Shown: in pieces, positions 1 to 19,475 of the stretch
Layout: the number at the start of each line of letters is the position of its first letter
Numbering within the stretch: position 1 is the stretch's first letter
Assembly (NCBI RefSeq): GCF_009914755.1
Contig: NC_060935.1
DNA from: the human T2T-CHM13v2.0 reference genome, Homo sapiens
Length of the DNA stretch: 64,000 bases
Reading direction: 5' to 3' (one strand)
Translations under genes and position numbers: made by a program
The notes under the pieces: model-generated
Database searches by the model: none
The model's input: only the letters and a program-made list of their open reading frames with translations
Told to the model about the DNA's origin: nothing

Positions 1-35
1 CTGGTGAATATATATTCATTTTTTAGAGTTAGTTT

Positions 36-620
36 GTATTAGTTAGAATTAGACTTGGCTGCAAGGGACATATATATGTGTGTATATATATACACACACA
101 CATGTATATTTTATATTCTTGCATACATATATGTATATATATGTGTGTGTGTATATATACACATATATATATACAAGATACTGCTCTTACCACTCATACT
201 GACATCCCATTGGCCACAAGTTAGTCACATGGCTACACTTAGCTGATATATATGTGTATATATATATGCAAGAGAATAGCTTAAACAAAATGGAGTCTTA
301 TTTCCTTCTCATGTAAATGTAGGCCAGCTCGGGCTGCTTTTATCTTGTTGCACTATTATCATCAACAAGACGCTCATATCCAAGTTCCAGCTGCTTCACC
401 TCCAGCTACCAAGTTCACCTCCCAGGGAACAGGAAGGAGGAAAAGGAGAAGGACATGTTCCTTCCTTTTAAAGACACATCCCAGATATTGCCATTACCAC
501 TTGTACTGACATCCCATTGGCCACAACTTAGTCACATGGCTACACTTAGCTGAAAAGGAGGCTGGGAAATATAGTTTTTATTTTGGATGGCTGTATGCCT
601 AGCTGAAAAAGGACTCTATT
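36..620. mobile_element. Old MaLR (MLT1-type) LTR
   Basis: CCCATTGGCCA..TAGTCACATGGC..GGAGGCTGGGAAAT motif typical of MLT1 LTRs. Confidence 0.55.
69..268. repeat. (TA)n/(TG)n microsatellites flanking a 60-bp duplicated segment
   Basis: Tracts at ~69-172 and ~246-267. Confidence 0.85.
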
Positions 621-1089
621 ACTCAGGAAGAAGAGAAGAAAGGATTTGAGGGAACAGTAGTAGCCCCTGCTACACAGCTCCAGAATCACTCTGAATGCCT
701 TCTTCGGCCTTCACCTTTTTCTGCTCTGGAGATAAACTGATTCCACATTATTCACACAACACTGTATATTCCTGGATTATAGCACTTACTATCTAACTGC
801 ACAATAATTTGTTGATGAATCCGAGAGCTCTTTGAGTGCAGGGGCTTTTTCTTATTCATCTCTATATCCACTAGTATGTTTTGCACAGTGCCTACCTACT
901 ACATACAAAGTTAAGTGACTGAATTCAATCATTCATTTGATTTAGGAACTGAGGTTTGAGGAGATCAAGTGGCCTGTCCATCATCACGCAGTAAGAGTTG
1001 CAACCAGAATCAGAACCCAGGTGCTTGGCTCTGGTGGTTCAAGAGAGCAGACTATGACCAAGTCACAAAGGGGCTTGTGCAAGCAGTCA

Positions 1090-1880
1090 CTGAAAGGTAC
1101 ATGATGGAGAGATCACTCAGGAGGGTGGCCAGAGAGAAGGCAGAGGAACTATTTAGGGATATTTTAATAATCCAAGTGAGAAATGAAGGCCTGAAGTATG
1201 GCATAGCAGTGATGGTTGATAGGTAAGTATATATTGAGGGCTACTAAGGCAGCAGAGTTGATAGCACTTGGTGACTGATTGGATGAGGAAGGTGAAGGAG
1301 AGGAAAAAATCCCAATGATTCCCAGGTTTCTGAGCAACTAGGGGGATGATATTTTCTTTCACCAAAAAAAATAAGCAGGTTGGGACAGGAAGTGAGAGCT
1401 CAGATTAACAGGAGTCCTAACTCGAACCTAAGCTGGGTTTCAGATAGGCATAGGGCAAGCCCAGTTGAGGTCTATTTGCTTAATGGCTAAGAAGCCTCCT
1501 AAGAGAAAATTCATTTGAAAGGAAAAAAAGCAACAGGAGCTACCATCCAGTCACAAAACCACAGTCATGAAAAGAGAAGAGAGACTCAGAGTATTTGGGA
1601 AGGGAACATTTCCAGGGGTTGAAAAAATGTGGGAGTGGAGAGCCACTGAAATTGACTTTGGGTGATTACTTGTACCCACAAGCTAGTGTGGCCTTGTGCC
1701 CAAAGGCTGTCCACTGGAGATGTTCTGGCAGTTGGATACATATGTCTCAAGCCCAGGAGAGAAGTCTCGGCTGGAGACTGAGTTTTGGGAGTCATCAGCA
1801 GATAGGAGCAGTGGAAGACTTGGGAGTAGATGAAATCTCTAGGGAGAGTACATGGCAGGAGAAAAGAAAAACGCTGAGGT
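1090..1880 (+). mobile_element. L2 fragment
   Basis: CTTGGTGACTGATTGGATG, GGCTGGAGACTGAGTTTTGGGAGTCATCAGCA motifs. Confidence 0.6.
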
Positions 1881-1897
1881 CAGAAAACACCAGTATT

Positions 1898-2276
<379 letters not shown>

Positions 2277-2834
2277 TTAGATTGGGGCCATACAGTTAGT
2301 TCTGGCCAATGGGCTGTGAGCAGAACAAAATGGGTTACTTCTGTTTGAGGACAATGAAGAGTGGATGTGAGTTCTCCATATTTTTTCCTTCCTTCCCCTA
2401 CAGTGGAAGCAAAGAACTCCAAGCTGGCACTATTACAAGAGGGAGAGGGTCTATATTCTGAGTTAGTGCTTGGAGCAGCACCTCCCACCTAAAAGAGGGG
2501 CAGAGAAGTAGAAGTATAATCAAAATAAAGAAGAATCACAGAAAGAAAATATATTAGTTAAATTATATATTTGGCTGCTCTGAGAGAGACCCAAAATAAC
2601 AGTGGCTTACAAAAGCTGGAAATGTATGTTTTCTCCCATACAAAACTTCACGCTGGTATGGGAGCACTGCTCCACAAAGCTGTCCAGGGTCCTAAGTTCC
2701 TTCTGTCTGGAGGTTCTAATATCCCTATGTGTTTCCCTTGTCCACATGATCTAAGATAGCTTACCACCATGTCCACATCCAGCCACTGGAAAGGGGGCAG
2801 GGTGGAGGAGAGGAGAGTGTAGAATGTACTCTCC

Positions 2835-3135
<301 letters not shown>

Positions 3136-3274
3136 ACTCTCCTTTCTTTTAAGGACAAAACCTAACTTCTTCTCCCATCTCACTGGTCAGAACTACTTGT
3201 AAGGAAGGTTAGGAAATGTCATCTTTGTTTTGAATGGGCCTGAGCTCAATGATCAGTTAAAAATCAGGGATTCT

Positions 3275-3935
3275 ACCCTCATACATTGCTGGTGGGATTG
3301 TACAATGGTGCAATTTCTTTGGAAAACAGTTCGGCAGTTCATTAATGGTTAAACATGGAGGAGTTCTCCTATGACTCAGCAATTCTACTCCTAGGTATAA
3401 AACCAAGACACATGAAAATACACATCTGCACAAAAACTTGTGCATTAATGTTCATGGCAACATTATTCATAACAGTCAAGAAAATGGAAACAACCCAAAT
3501 GTCCATCAATTGATGAATGGATAAACAAAATGTTACCTATCCATATAGTGGAATATTATTTGGCAATAAAAAGGGTTGAAGTACTGATACCTGCTACACC
3601 ACAGATGAACCTGGAAAACATTATGCTAGGGGAAAAAAGCCAGTCACAAAAGACTACATGTTGTAAAATCTCATTTGTATAAAATGTCCAGAAAAGACAA
3701 ATAGGTAGAGACAGAAAGTAGACTGGTGGCTGCCTAGGGCTATTGAGGGGAGGGGAGGTTGATTGGGGAGAAATAGTGAATAACTGCTAATGGGTGTGGG
3801 GTTTCTTTGTGGGATGATGAAAAAAGTTCTAAACTTAGTTTGTGGTGATAGTTGTACAAATCTGTGAATATACTAAAAACCATTCAATTGTAGTGAATGT
3901 TATGGTATGTGAATTATATCTCAATAAAGATATTT
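3275..3935 (+). mobile_element. Old L1M (L1MB/MC-like) 3' end fragment
   Basis: CAGCAATTCTACTCCTAGGTAT, GGAAACAACCCAAATGTCCATCA, ends TATATCTCAATAAA. Confidence 0.8.
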
Positions 3936-4074
3936 CTAAAATCAGGGATTTTATAACTGAGAAAGAAGGGAAGAATAAAGTTGCAGAGGAGACTTGCAGC
4001 CTCTGCCACACCAAGGACGAAAAGGTTTCAAGAGTGAAGAATTAATGGCTTCCCACCATGGCAGACTGAGCTGA

Positions 4075-4405
<331 letters not shown>

Positions 4406-4429
4406 TCTATCTCTACTCCTAAAAGAACC

Positions 4430-5111
4430 ATTTCTGACCACTTAACACCCATTAGAATGTTATTTTAAAAAATAAAATAAAAGCCAAAAATAGCAAGTGT
4501 GGGTGAAGATGTGGAGAAGCTGGACCGCTTGTACGCTGCTGCTGGAAAGGTAAAATGGTGCAGCTATGGTGGAGAACAATACGGCAGTCCCTCAAAAAAT
4601 TTAATCTAGAATTACCTTATGACCCAGCAATTCCACCTCTGGGCATATATCCAAAAGATAAAAGCAGGGACTGGAGCAGATATTTGTATGCTCGTGTTCC
4701 TAGTAGTATTATCCACAATAACCAGGGGGTGGAAACAACCCAAATGTCCATTGACAGATGAATGAATAAACAAATTGTGGTATATACAGACAACAAAATA
4801 TCACTTAGCCTTAAATAATGACAATCGGGGGCCAGGCATAGTGGCTCACGCCTGTAATCCCAGCACTTTGGGAGGCCGAGACGGGCAGATCACTTGAGGC
4901 CGGAAGTGCAAGACCAGCCTGGCCAATATGGTAAAACCCCGTCTCTACTAAAAATACAAAAATTAGCCAGGTGTGGTGGTGCATGCCTGTCATTCCAGCT
5001 ACTTGGGAGGCTGAGGCACGAGAATTGCTTGAACCTGGAAGGCAGAGGCTGCAGTGAACTGAGATTGTGCTACTGCCCTCCAGCCTGGGTGACAGAGCGA
5101 GACTGTGTCTC

Positions 5112-5142
<31 letters not shown>

Positions 5143-5485
5143 GAAATCTGACACATGCTATAACGTGGATGACCCTTGAAGACATGATGCTAAGTGAAAC
5201 AAGCCAGTCGTAGAACGACACATACTGTGATTCTGAGGTATCCAGAATAGTCAGATTTGTAGAGACAGAAAGTATAATTCTGGTTTCTAGGAGAAGTGAG
5301 GAAGGAGAAGGTATTGGTTAATAGGTACAAGTTTCTGTTTGGGAAGATTAAAAGTTTCTGGAGCTAGATAGTGGTGCACAACAGTGTAAATGTATTTAGT
5401 GCTACTGGGCTATATACTTAGCTACAATGTACAATAGCTACAATGGTAATTTTTATGTTATGTATATTTTGCCACAATTTAAAAA
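4430..5485 (+). mobile_element. L1MB-like 3' fragment containing an Alu (4830-5140, +)
   Basis: ELPYDPAIPPLGIYPK ORF2 C-terminal remnant; GGAAACAACCCAAATGTCC. Confidence 0.8.
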
Positions 5486-6848
5486 GGAATTTCTCATACT
5501 CTAATGGTTTTTTGCTGATAACCCAAACTTAAAGAGCCTGTGCTGTAAAATACAACTGCGCTGGATTGTCTTTTTGCAAATAGCATTATCAGTGCCCTTT
5601 CTAAGGTCTTTTATGAGATGCAGAGGGGACACTTGGAACTATTAATACATTTTCTAGAATCCCTTCTCTATATGAGCCTAGGTTAGAGTCAGCCAGCGTG
5701 AGACGGAAGAGGAGAGGCCATTATGTTTCAATGCCGGTTGCAGACAGAAGCATGGACAGGCTTGGAGTTTAAAGCAGCTTCTGGGTGACCTTCCCAGGAA
5801 TCACATGCATTGATATTGCAGGCATAATAAGGCGAGCTTCCCATTTGTAGCCACTTACTAATGAGCGTTTGAGAGTCACTCCTTCTGAACTGCAAACCAA
5901 GGTGGTCACTCCTCCAGCCCTTCCAAGAGTTGGATAAACCTTTAATTTTTTGTTTTAAAGCCTTTCATACTTGAAATACGTGGAATGGCTTTTGTTTTTC
6001 TGACTGAACCTGGATTGATACAATGGGTAGATGCAACACACACTCATGCTTCCCTGTTTGGTGGCATCTTATAGTTTCAGTGTTGAACATGTTTTGAGTT
6101 GGTTGGAGGTATATGTATATGTGTATGTGGTATGTGCTTTGTGTGTGGAACCATTTGAAATAATTATAGCCAACATGACACTTCACTCTGAATACTTCAA
6201 CATACATTGTGAAAAATAAGGACTCTTTTACAAAAGAAAAAAACATTATCATACCTTTGAAAATTAACACAATTCCTTAATATCATCTAACATATCCTAC
6301 ATATTCAGATTTTCCCCAAAATGCTTTCATAGTTGTTTTTCTCTCTCTGTAAATTCAAGCTCTAACACATCTCATCTGGTTGTTATCCCACTTTAGTTTT
6401 TAAATTTAGAACCGTTCTCCCCAACCCCACCATTTGTTTGTTTTCATGACATTGATTTTTTTTTGGAAGAGTGCAAGGAGGACATCTTGTAAAATGTCCC
6501 ACATTCTGGATTTGAGTGATTACTTTCTCATGATTAGATTAAGGTTAAACATTTTTGGCAAAAATACTAGGTGATATCTGGCCCTTCTTACTGTATCCTA
6601 GCTGGAGGTTGCACTCTATTTAGTGATGTTAAGTTTGATCACTCCATTAAAGTGATAACAACCAGATTTCTCCATGGCTAGTAAAGTTTGGTTTTTTACG
6701 TTATTGATAAGTAATTTGTGGAGCAATACTTTGAAGCCATGTGAGCATCCCATTCTGCAACAATTTTTCACCCAATGGTTTTAGCATTCATTGATGATCC
6801 TTGCCTGAATCGAATATTATCCTGAGAGTTGCCAGATAGTGATTTTTA

Positions 6849-7172
<324 letters not shown>

Positions 7173-7650
7173 TTAAAGAATTCCATCATTCCAGCTACAT
7201 TTATTATCCGATTTCTTCTGTAAGTAAGAGCTTTTAGGGAACTTGTTCTTAAATCCAGAGACTTTGAACAGATTCCTTCCAGGTGAACTTGTTTGTGCTG
7301 CCCTTTCCTTGACTGTCGTTTTGTATCACAGTGTTTGCGGATAGCTGCATTTTTAAGAGAGTTGCCCCTCTACTTTGTTTTGTGTTTTTGTTTTTTAATA
7401 CACAAGAATTGCTGACTCATTCTGGATGTGTAGTAAGAAGGATTTTAAAATGTAGATTGGTAAAGGTTAGCAGGTACCTTATTCCTTACTGCTCAGCAGC
7501 AGCACTTTTGCCTTAAACACATGGATTAAGCAAGTGTATGGGTCTCAAATAGACACTTGATATGCACCAAGTGAGAAGATCTTCTAGAGTCTTTCTTTTG
7601 TGACCTGTTCTTTAAAGCAACATTATGACTTCTCCTTCTGAACAGTAAGT

Positions 7651-7968
7651 ATTTTTTTTTTTTTTTTTTTTTTTGGCAGAGTCTCACTCTGTCACCCAGG
7701 GTGGCTGGAGTACAGTGGCGTGATCTCGGCTCTCGGCAACCCAGTCACTTGGGTTCAAGCGATTCTCCTGCCTCAGCCTCCTGAGTAGCTGGGATTACAG
7801 GCGTGTGCCACCGTGCCTGGCTAATTTTTGTATTTTTAGTAGAGATGGGGGTTATTCCATGTTGGCCAGGCTGGTCTTGAACTCCTGACCTCAGGTGATC
7901 CACCCACCTCGGACTCCCAAAGCTCCCAAAGTACTGGGATTACAGGTGTGAGCCACCACACCCGGGCC
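7651..7968 (-). mobile_element. Alu (S-type)
   Basis: Poly-T plus body. Confidence 0.95.
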
Positions 7969-8099
7969 AAGTAAATCTTGTTACAAATTGTTCTCCTTCA
8001 GTCTTGTCTTCTAAGAACTCAGATGTAAACTGTGAGGTAGCAGTCTTTACTTGGTGTTCCTGGACTCCATCTCAGAACGCACCAAAAACATCTATATGA

Positions 8100-9760
<1,661 letters not shown>

Positions 9761-9884
9761 AAAATACACACACACACACACTTATGAGACTAGTTTTCAC
9801 TAAAAATTGGTCAAATAGTGGCAATTTCATATAGTTCTACCTAACAAAAATGTATTTACACATAGTTTAGTTTGTGGGGGTTTT

Positions 9885-10188
9885 GTTTGCTTGTTTGTTT
9901 GTTTGTTTTTTGAGACAGGGTCTCACCGTTGCCCAGGATGGAGTGCAGTGGTGTAATCACTGCAGCCTCGACCACCCTGGGCTCAGATGATCCTCCCACC
10001 TCAGTCTTCTGAGTAGCTAGGACCACAGGCATACACCACCATGCCCAGCTAATTTTTATATTTTTTTGTAGGGACGGGGGTCTCGCTATGTTTCCCAGGC
10101 TGGTCTCGAACTCATGGGCTCAAGCGAGCTGCCCGCCTCGGCCTCAAAAGTGTTGGGATTACAGGTGTAAGCCACCCTACACCTGGCC
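9885..10188 (-). mobile_element. Alu (J-type)
   Basis: (TTTG)n tail plus body. Confidence 0.9.
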
Positions 10189-11043
10189 AAGTTTATCTCA
10201 TTTCCTACTGTACTCCCAGTGCCTAGACCAGTGCTTATCACATGGTAGGGAGGGCTCAAAAACATCTATTGATGAAGGGACTACTTTGGAGGAGGTGTTA
10301 AAAGTAATGAGGAACTAAAATATCAGACCGAAGCAACCTGGAAATGGGAAAGGAGAGATCAAAGTGAAAGCATTCAGCAGCCTTTGCATTATTCGGGAGG
10401 AAGATAGGGATATTGATTATCTATAGACTTTGTTAGGTCAGACAAGAATATTAAAATTTTAAGGATAACCCATAAAACGAATAGAAAGAATGGATAACTT
10501 TTAAACTAGTATATGGGGAAGAGAGACTAAAGAGCATCCGATTGACTTCTAGTAACGGACGGTGGATTAATTGCATGCATTAGCCTCTGCTGTTCTCTGA
10601 AATCTCAATAACGTGGCATTGAAGTGCACTTTTTACAAAATGCATAAACCCAAAGGGAAAATAGAAAAGGAGACAAAAATAACAACATTTGGGAAGCTGG
10701 AAAGCTTCCAAATGATCAAACGGTGGTGACAGGCACACCTGACATGAATTTTGAAGCAGCAGTGGAGAAAGCCAAGAAGGCCCCTGATTTTCACTACTAA
10801 ACTCTCCAAATGCTCTGACATTAGTGTCAACATTCTTCTGGAAGAGTGGGTGGCAGTGGGACTAGAAATATGGCAGTTGGTCGAGAGTCTGTTTGAGAAG
10901 CAGCTGTTCTCTTCAACTCTACTTGGCTGGGTACCCCCAAAGCAGCAGAAAACCAGATGCTTATTCTCTCTGAAAAGGGTAAAAGAGTGGGACTCCGGCC
11001 TGGAGAAAACTAGGTATTGTTGGGGGCCAGGGTTTTTGTGCTA

Positions 11044-11367
<324 letters not shown>

Positions 11368-11555
11368 TTTTTTTAAAAGACTCCTCAGTTCACCATCTTT
11401 CCCCATATTGAAAATGGAACAACATTCTCCCTGAGAAATTTGGCTGGCCCAAGGAAATAGGCCTAAAGAAACTGACTTTTGGGGGTTCCCTGCTCTCCAG
11501 ATGGTCCCTCCTAAATTGAACCATGGACTCAGGATTTCACATCAGCTTCTTCTAA

Positions 11556-11901
<346 letters not shown>

Positions 11902-12295
11902 TAAGAATACTTAAAGGTGAAGTGAGAAGTTCACATGATGTCATATCAGGAGGTACACAATGGCTACTTGTCCCACTAATAGCAATCCTTAGTTTTTTCA
12001 CTTCGTGAGGTGGTCACTAGCAGACCTCTTGGTTGGAAAGATAGGTTATTTCCCTTTGTAATTAACAAGTAACAGAATTGGGATACTTTGGCATCTTAAA
12101 ATACCTTGGCAACCTGATGAACATAGCATACATTCAAGATTTTTGCCTGAATTAATTATTACATTAGAAGAGTTGCAGAATGAGAATGTTCTAATTCTAC
12201 TATTTCTTTTATATATTTCAGCTGATGTTATTCTATGAAGAAAAGCTCCCTCATCAGTGAAGATGAACTGCACTTCTTTCTAAAGAGGCAATGTC

Positions 12296-12673
<378 letters not shown>

Positions 12674-12711
12674 CTAACTTGTAGATCTGTTTGACTCTTT
12701 TTTAAAAAACA

Positions 12712-12836
12712 ATTTTTTGGAGAGATGAAGCCTTGCTATGTAGCCCGGGCTGCTCTCAAACCCCTGGCCTCAAGTGATCCCCCTGTCTCGACCTCCCAAA
12801 GTGCTGGGGTTACAGACATAAGTCACCACACCTGGC
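12712..12836 (-). mobile_element. Alu left monomer / FLAM
   Basis: Single arm; TSD TCTGTTTGACTCTTT. Confidence 0.8.
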
Positions 12837-13144
12837 TCTGTTTGACTCTTTATGTGCAGTTTGAACTTTTTAACTGAATTTTTTAAAAGGTGTGAAATTA
12901 GTCTTTAAAGGAACACAAAACCAACAGAGAAGCAAGCAGGAAGATACAAGAAGCAAAGAAATATCATAGTAAAATGAAAATACAAAATAATATGACATAA
13001 ATAAAACAGTAATCACTATCAAATTAAATAGATTAAGTGAGCCCACAAGGCATTGTCTCTGGGACTAGTCCGCTGGGTCGAAGTCCTGCCACTTATTGGT
13101 TCTGTGACCTTTGGCAAATTATTTAACTTCTCTGTGATTCCATT

Positions 13145-13533
<389 letters not shown>

Positions 13534-13866
13534 TTATTACTGTAGGTTAAAAAGCACACAAACATGCTTGACACAGTAGGTGCTACATCAGTTTACTATT
13601 GTTGTTGTTTTCAGATTGGATTTTATAAAAACTCTACTTATTTGCAATTTATAAGAGGCATACCTAAAATATAATGTCAGAGAAAGGTTAAAAAGTGGAG
13701 CCAGGGAAGGAATTTAAGAAGACATACCAGACCAATAGTAATCAAAAGAAAGCAGGTATGCAATGTAACATCAGAACAAATAAGCTTTGCTTATTTGGAT
13801 TGATAGGGATAGATAGGATTGATAGGGATAAAGCAGATCATTATTTAATGATCAAAGAAGAAATTT

Positions 13867-14306
<440 letters not shown>

Positions 14307-16061
14307 TCAAACTGACGGAATCACAGAAAAAAAATATAAGAACAAGTCAGCAAACTTGATATGGAAAGAACAGCATCCCCACCTGAGAGTCAGCAGCCTC
14401 CATGCAGGAGGACCGAGGGGAAGCCAGGGAGCAGGGCAGCCTGAGCCAAGGCCAAGCCCAGTTGAGGACAGGAAGTGGAAGGAGGCACCTAGGAAGGCTG
14501 AAGATGCAGAGGAGTGTGTTCCAGAGGCAGTGGGAAAACTGGGAGGGAATAGTTCTCGGGATGTTGGATAGAGAGAATAAGCAAAGAACAATGCAGGAAG
14601 AAGAGTGGGGTGGGAGGCCGTGACCTTGCTAGAGAGCCTTATGTTTTGGGCTATGACCAGGGTTGACAGAAGTGTGAGGCATGGCGGGTTCAGAAGAGAG
14701 ATCAATGATGCATCGCACATCTCTAAAGCTGATGAAGGCAGCAATTGGCACTGAGGCCAACCTGGTTGGGACTCAGAGAGGTGGGACACATATTGTGTGC
14801 CAGGCACCCTGCCACATCTTGGAGAGAATAAGACACAAACCCTCATCTAGTGGGTTGGGGAAATGATGCAGGGCTCAGTGTGGCTAGCGCGTTGGGGTGG
14901 GAAGCAGCCTGGGCACGCCCACAAGGCTCTCTGCCTTCCAGAATCTGGCCCAGTTGGGTTTGAAAAGATTTAATGACAATGAGCTCTCTATGGACCTACC
15001 TTGTGCCCAGTATTTACCTTTCTTATCTGTAACGCTCAAGTCAATACTCTAAGGTAGGAATTGTTATCCTCATTTTATTTACAGAGAAACTGGAGTTCAG
15101 AGAGATTCTTGCCCAAGGTCTTGCCCTGGGCCAATTCCAGGTCTATCTAACTCCAAAGTCCATGCTCAGTACACTGTCTCCTGCTTGGGAGCAAAGAGAG
15201 GACTTTGCTCCTAAGACCAGACCCATACCACAAAGAGCCTCAACACTTAACTACTGGGAGAAAACACCGTCCTAAGTAAAAAGCCAGGTGCTCTTCCCCT
15301 TACCCCAGGGGGTTTAGGATTTGGGAGAAAGAGGCCTGATGGAATATAGGGGTACCAGGTCCATGTGTTAACTGATCTGGGTACAAGAACAGTAACTCAA
15401 GGCCAGCCAGGGAAAGAACAGCCAAGCCGAGGCACAGCTGCCAAGTCATCACCTCTCGTTCCTTGTCCCACCATGCCTTGTCTCAGCACGAACATAACCC
15501 CCTCAGTTTCCCTCTTCTCCTGTCTCCTGCATAGGCAGAACCAGTTCTGAGTGATAGCCAGGACAGCAGGTCCTCGGGTCCTCAGGCTTGCCACTACAAC
15601 CTGTTTACCCTGCGCAGACCATGATCCATCAGGTCGAGAAATGCCCCACTGCTAGATGTTTGTGTCAAAAATGCCTGCCGGTGGTGCAACAGCTGGGTGG
15701 GACCAGTGACGTGGACTTGAGTGCCACAAAATGTACCGAACACATTCTGAGTCAACATAGTGATGGTGTGCCAACTCCAGATAAAGATTTTCATTATTAT
15801 TTGTTTGGGTTTTGTTTATATGTACTCCTCTTCATCACCAAAGATTTGAGGCTACAGAAAATGAAAATTGAAATGGTAATAAAAGAGAGGGGCTTGCAGA
15901 GAGGACCACAGGATGGGGAAAATAGAAATAATCGCAGAAAATCATGACCCGATGAAGAGCACAATCATAGAAGCACTAACAGATGACAAGGTTGCCAGAT
16001 CTTCACCATTGGTTTTGGGTTTCGTGAAAACCCGCGAAGAGAGGGATTCAGTCAATTACAT

Positions 16062-16450
<389 letters not shown>

Positions 16451-16482
16451 TAAATGCATGCATTCCATGATCATTTTCTTAA

Positions 16483-16805
<323 letters not shown>

Positions 16806-17084
16806 TTAAGATACATTTTTAAAGGGAAGAACATTTTCTGTCCAAGTACATTCCTGTTCACAAACCCTTTTCCATAACACTGGAGACTTCCTGGGGAGGT
16901 TGGAACCAATAGCTTAGACTCCAAAGGAATGAATGTACCATAAAGCTTTCAGCAATCTTCTGTCAATGCTACTTGTATAGACTTCCAGACAAACATTGAA
17001 GATTGAATGCATGCATCTAATTTCACTTTTTTTTCCTGAAATCCTCCTGAAACTATAATGAAGAAATGTTTGGGAAAAGATGTA

Positions 17085-17392
17085 GCCAGGCACTGTGGCT
17101 TATGCCTGTAATCCTAGCACTTTGGGAGGCCAAGGTGGGCAGATCTCTTGAGTCCAGGAGTTTGAGACTAGCCTGGGCAACATGGCGAAACCCTGTCTCT
17201 ACTGAAAAAATACAAAAAATCAGCCAGGCATGGCAGACCTGTAGTTCCAGCTACTCAGGGGGCTGAGGTGTGAGGATCACTTGAGCCTGGGAGGTAGAAG
17301 CTGCCGTGAGCCCTGATTGTGCCACTGAACTCCAGCCTGGGCGACAGAGTGAGACCCTGTCTCAAAAAACAAAAAAAAAAAAAAAAAAAAAA
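17085..17392 (+). mobile_element. Alu (J-type)
   Basis: Alu body, A tail. Confidence 0.9.
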
Positions 17393-17399
17393 GAGACGG

Positions 17400-18890
<1,491 letters not shown>

Positions 18891-18896
18891 TCCACG

Positions 18897-18938
18897 CCGG
18901 GCGCAGTGGCTCACGCCTGTAATCCCAGCACTTTGGGA
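18897..18938 (+). mobile_element. Alu 5' fragment (~42 nt) broken off at the AT-rich flank of the PATRR
   Basis: CCGGGCGCAGTGGCTCACGCCTGTAATCCCAGCACTTTGGGA followed by pure A/T sequence. Confidence 0.85.
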
Positions 18939-19030
18939 TTTAATATAAATATATTAAATATTTTAAATAATATAATTTTAAATAATATAAATATATTAAA
19001 TATATTAAATATTTAAATATATTAAATATT

Positions 19031-19475
19031 TAAATCTTTTTGTCTTGCTGAGTTGTATGAGATATATATATATTTTTATATTTATATGTATTTATATCTA
19101 TATTTATATATAATATATATTATATATTTATATAATATATATTTATGTATTATTATATATTTATATATAAATATATATTATATATTTTTATATAAATATA
19201 TAATATATATTTATATGTATAATATATATTTATATATAAATATATAATATACATACGTATATTATATATTTATATATAAATATATATTATACATATAAAT
19301 ATATATTATATATTTATATATAAATATATAATATATATTTTTATATAAATATATAATACATAAATATATATTATATAAATATATAATATATATTATATAT
19401 AAATATAGATATAAATACATATAAATATAAAAATATATATATATCTCATACAACTCAGCAAGACAAAAAGATTTA
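19031..19475. repeat. PATRR11: 445-bp palindromic AT-rich repeat (t(11;22) breakpoint hotspot)
   Basis: Arm start TAAATCTTTTTGTCTTGCTGAGTTGTATGAGAT... is the exact reverse complement of the arm end ...ATCTCATACAACTCAGCAAGACAAAAAGATTTA; centre ATAC at 19253-19256; mirror-image ORFs in the ORF track. Confidence 0.93.

Noticed and set aside
19053-19453. Two near-identical Y/I-rich ORFs on opposite strands
   Set aside because: Translations of the two palindrome arms; low complexity.
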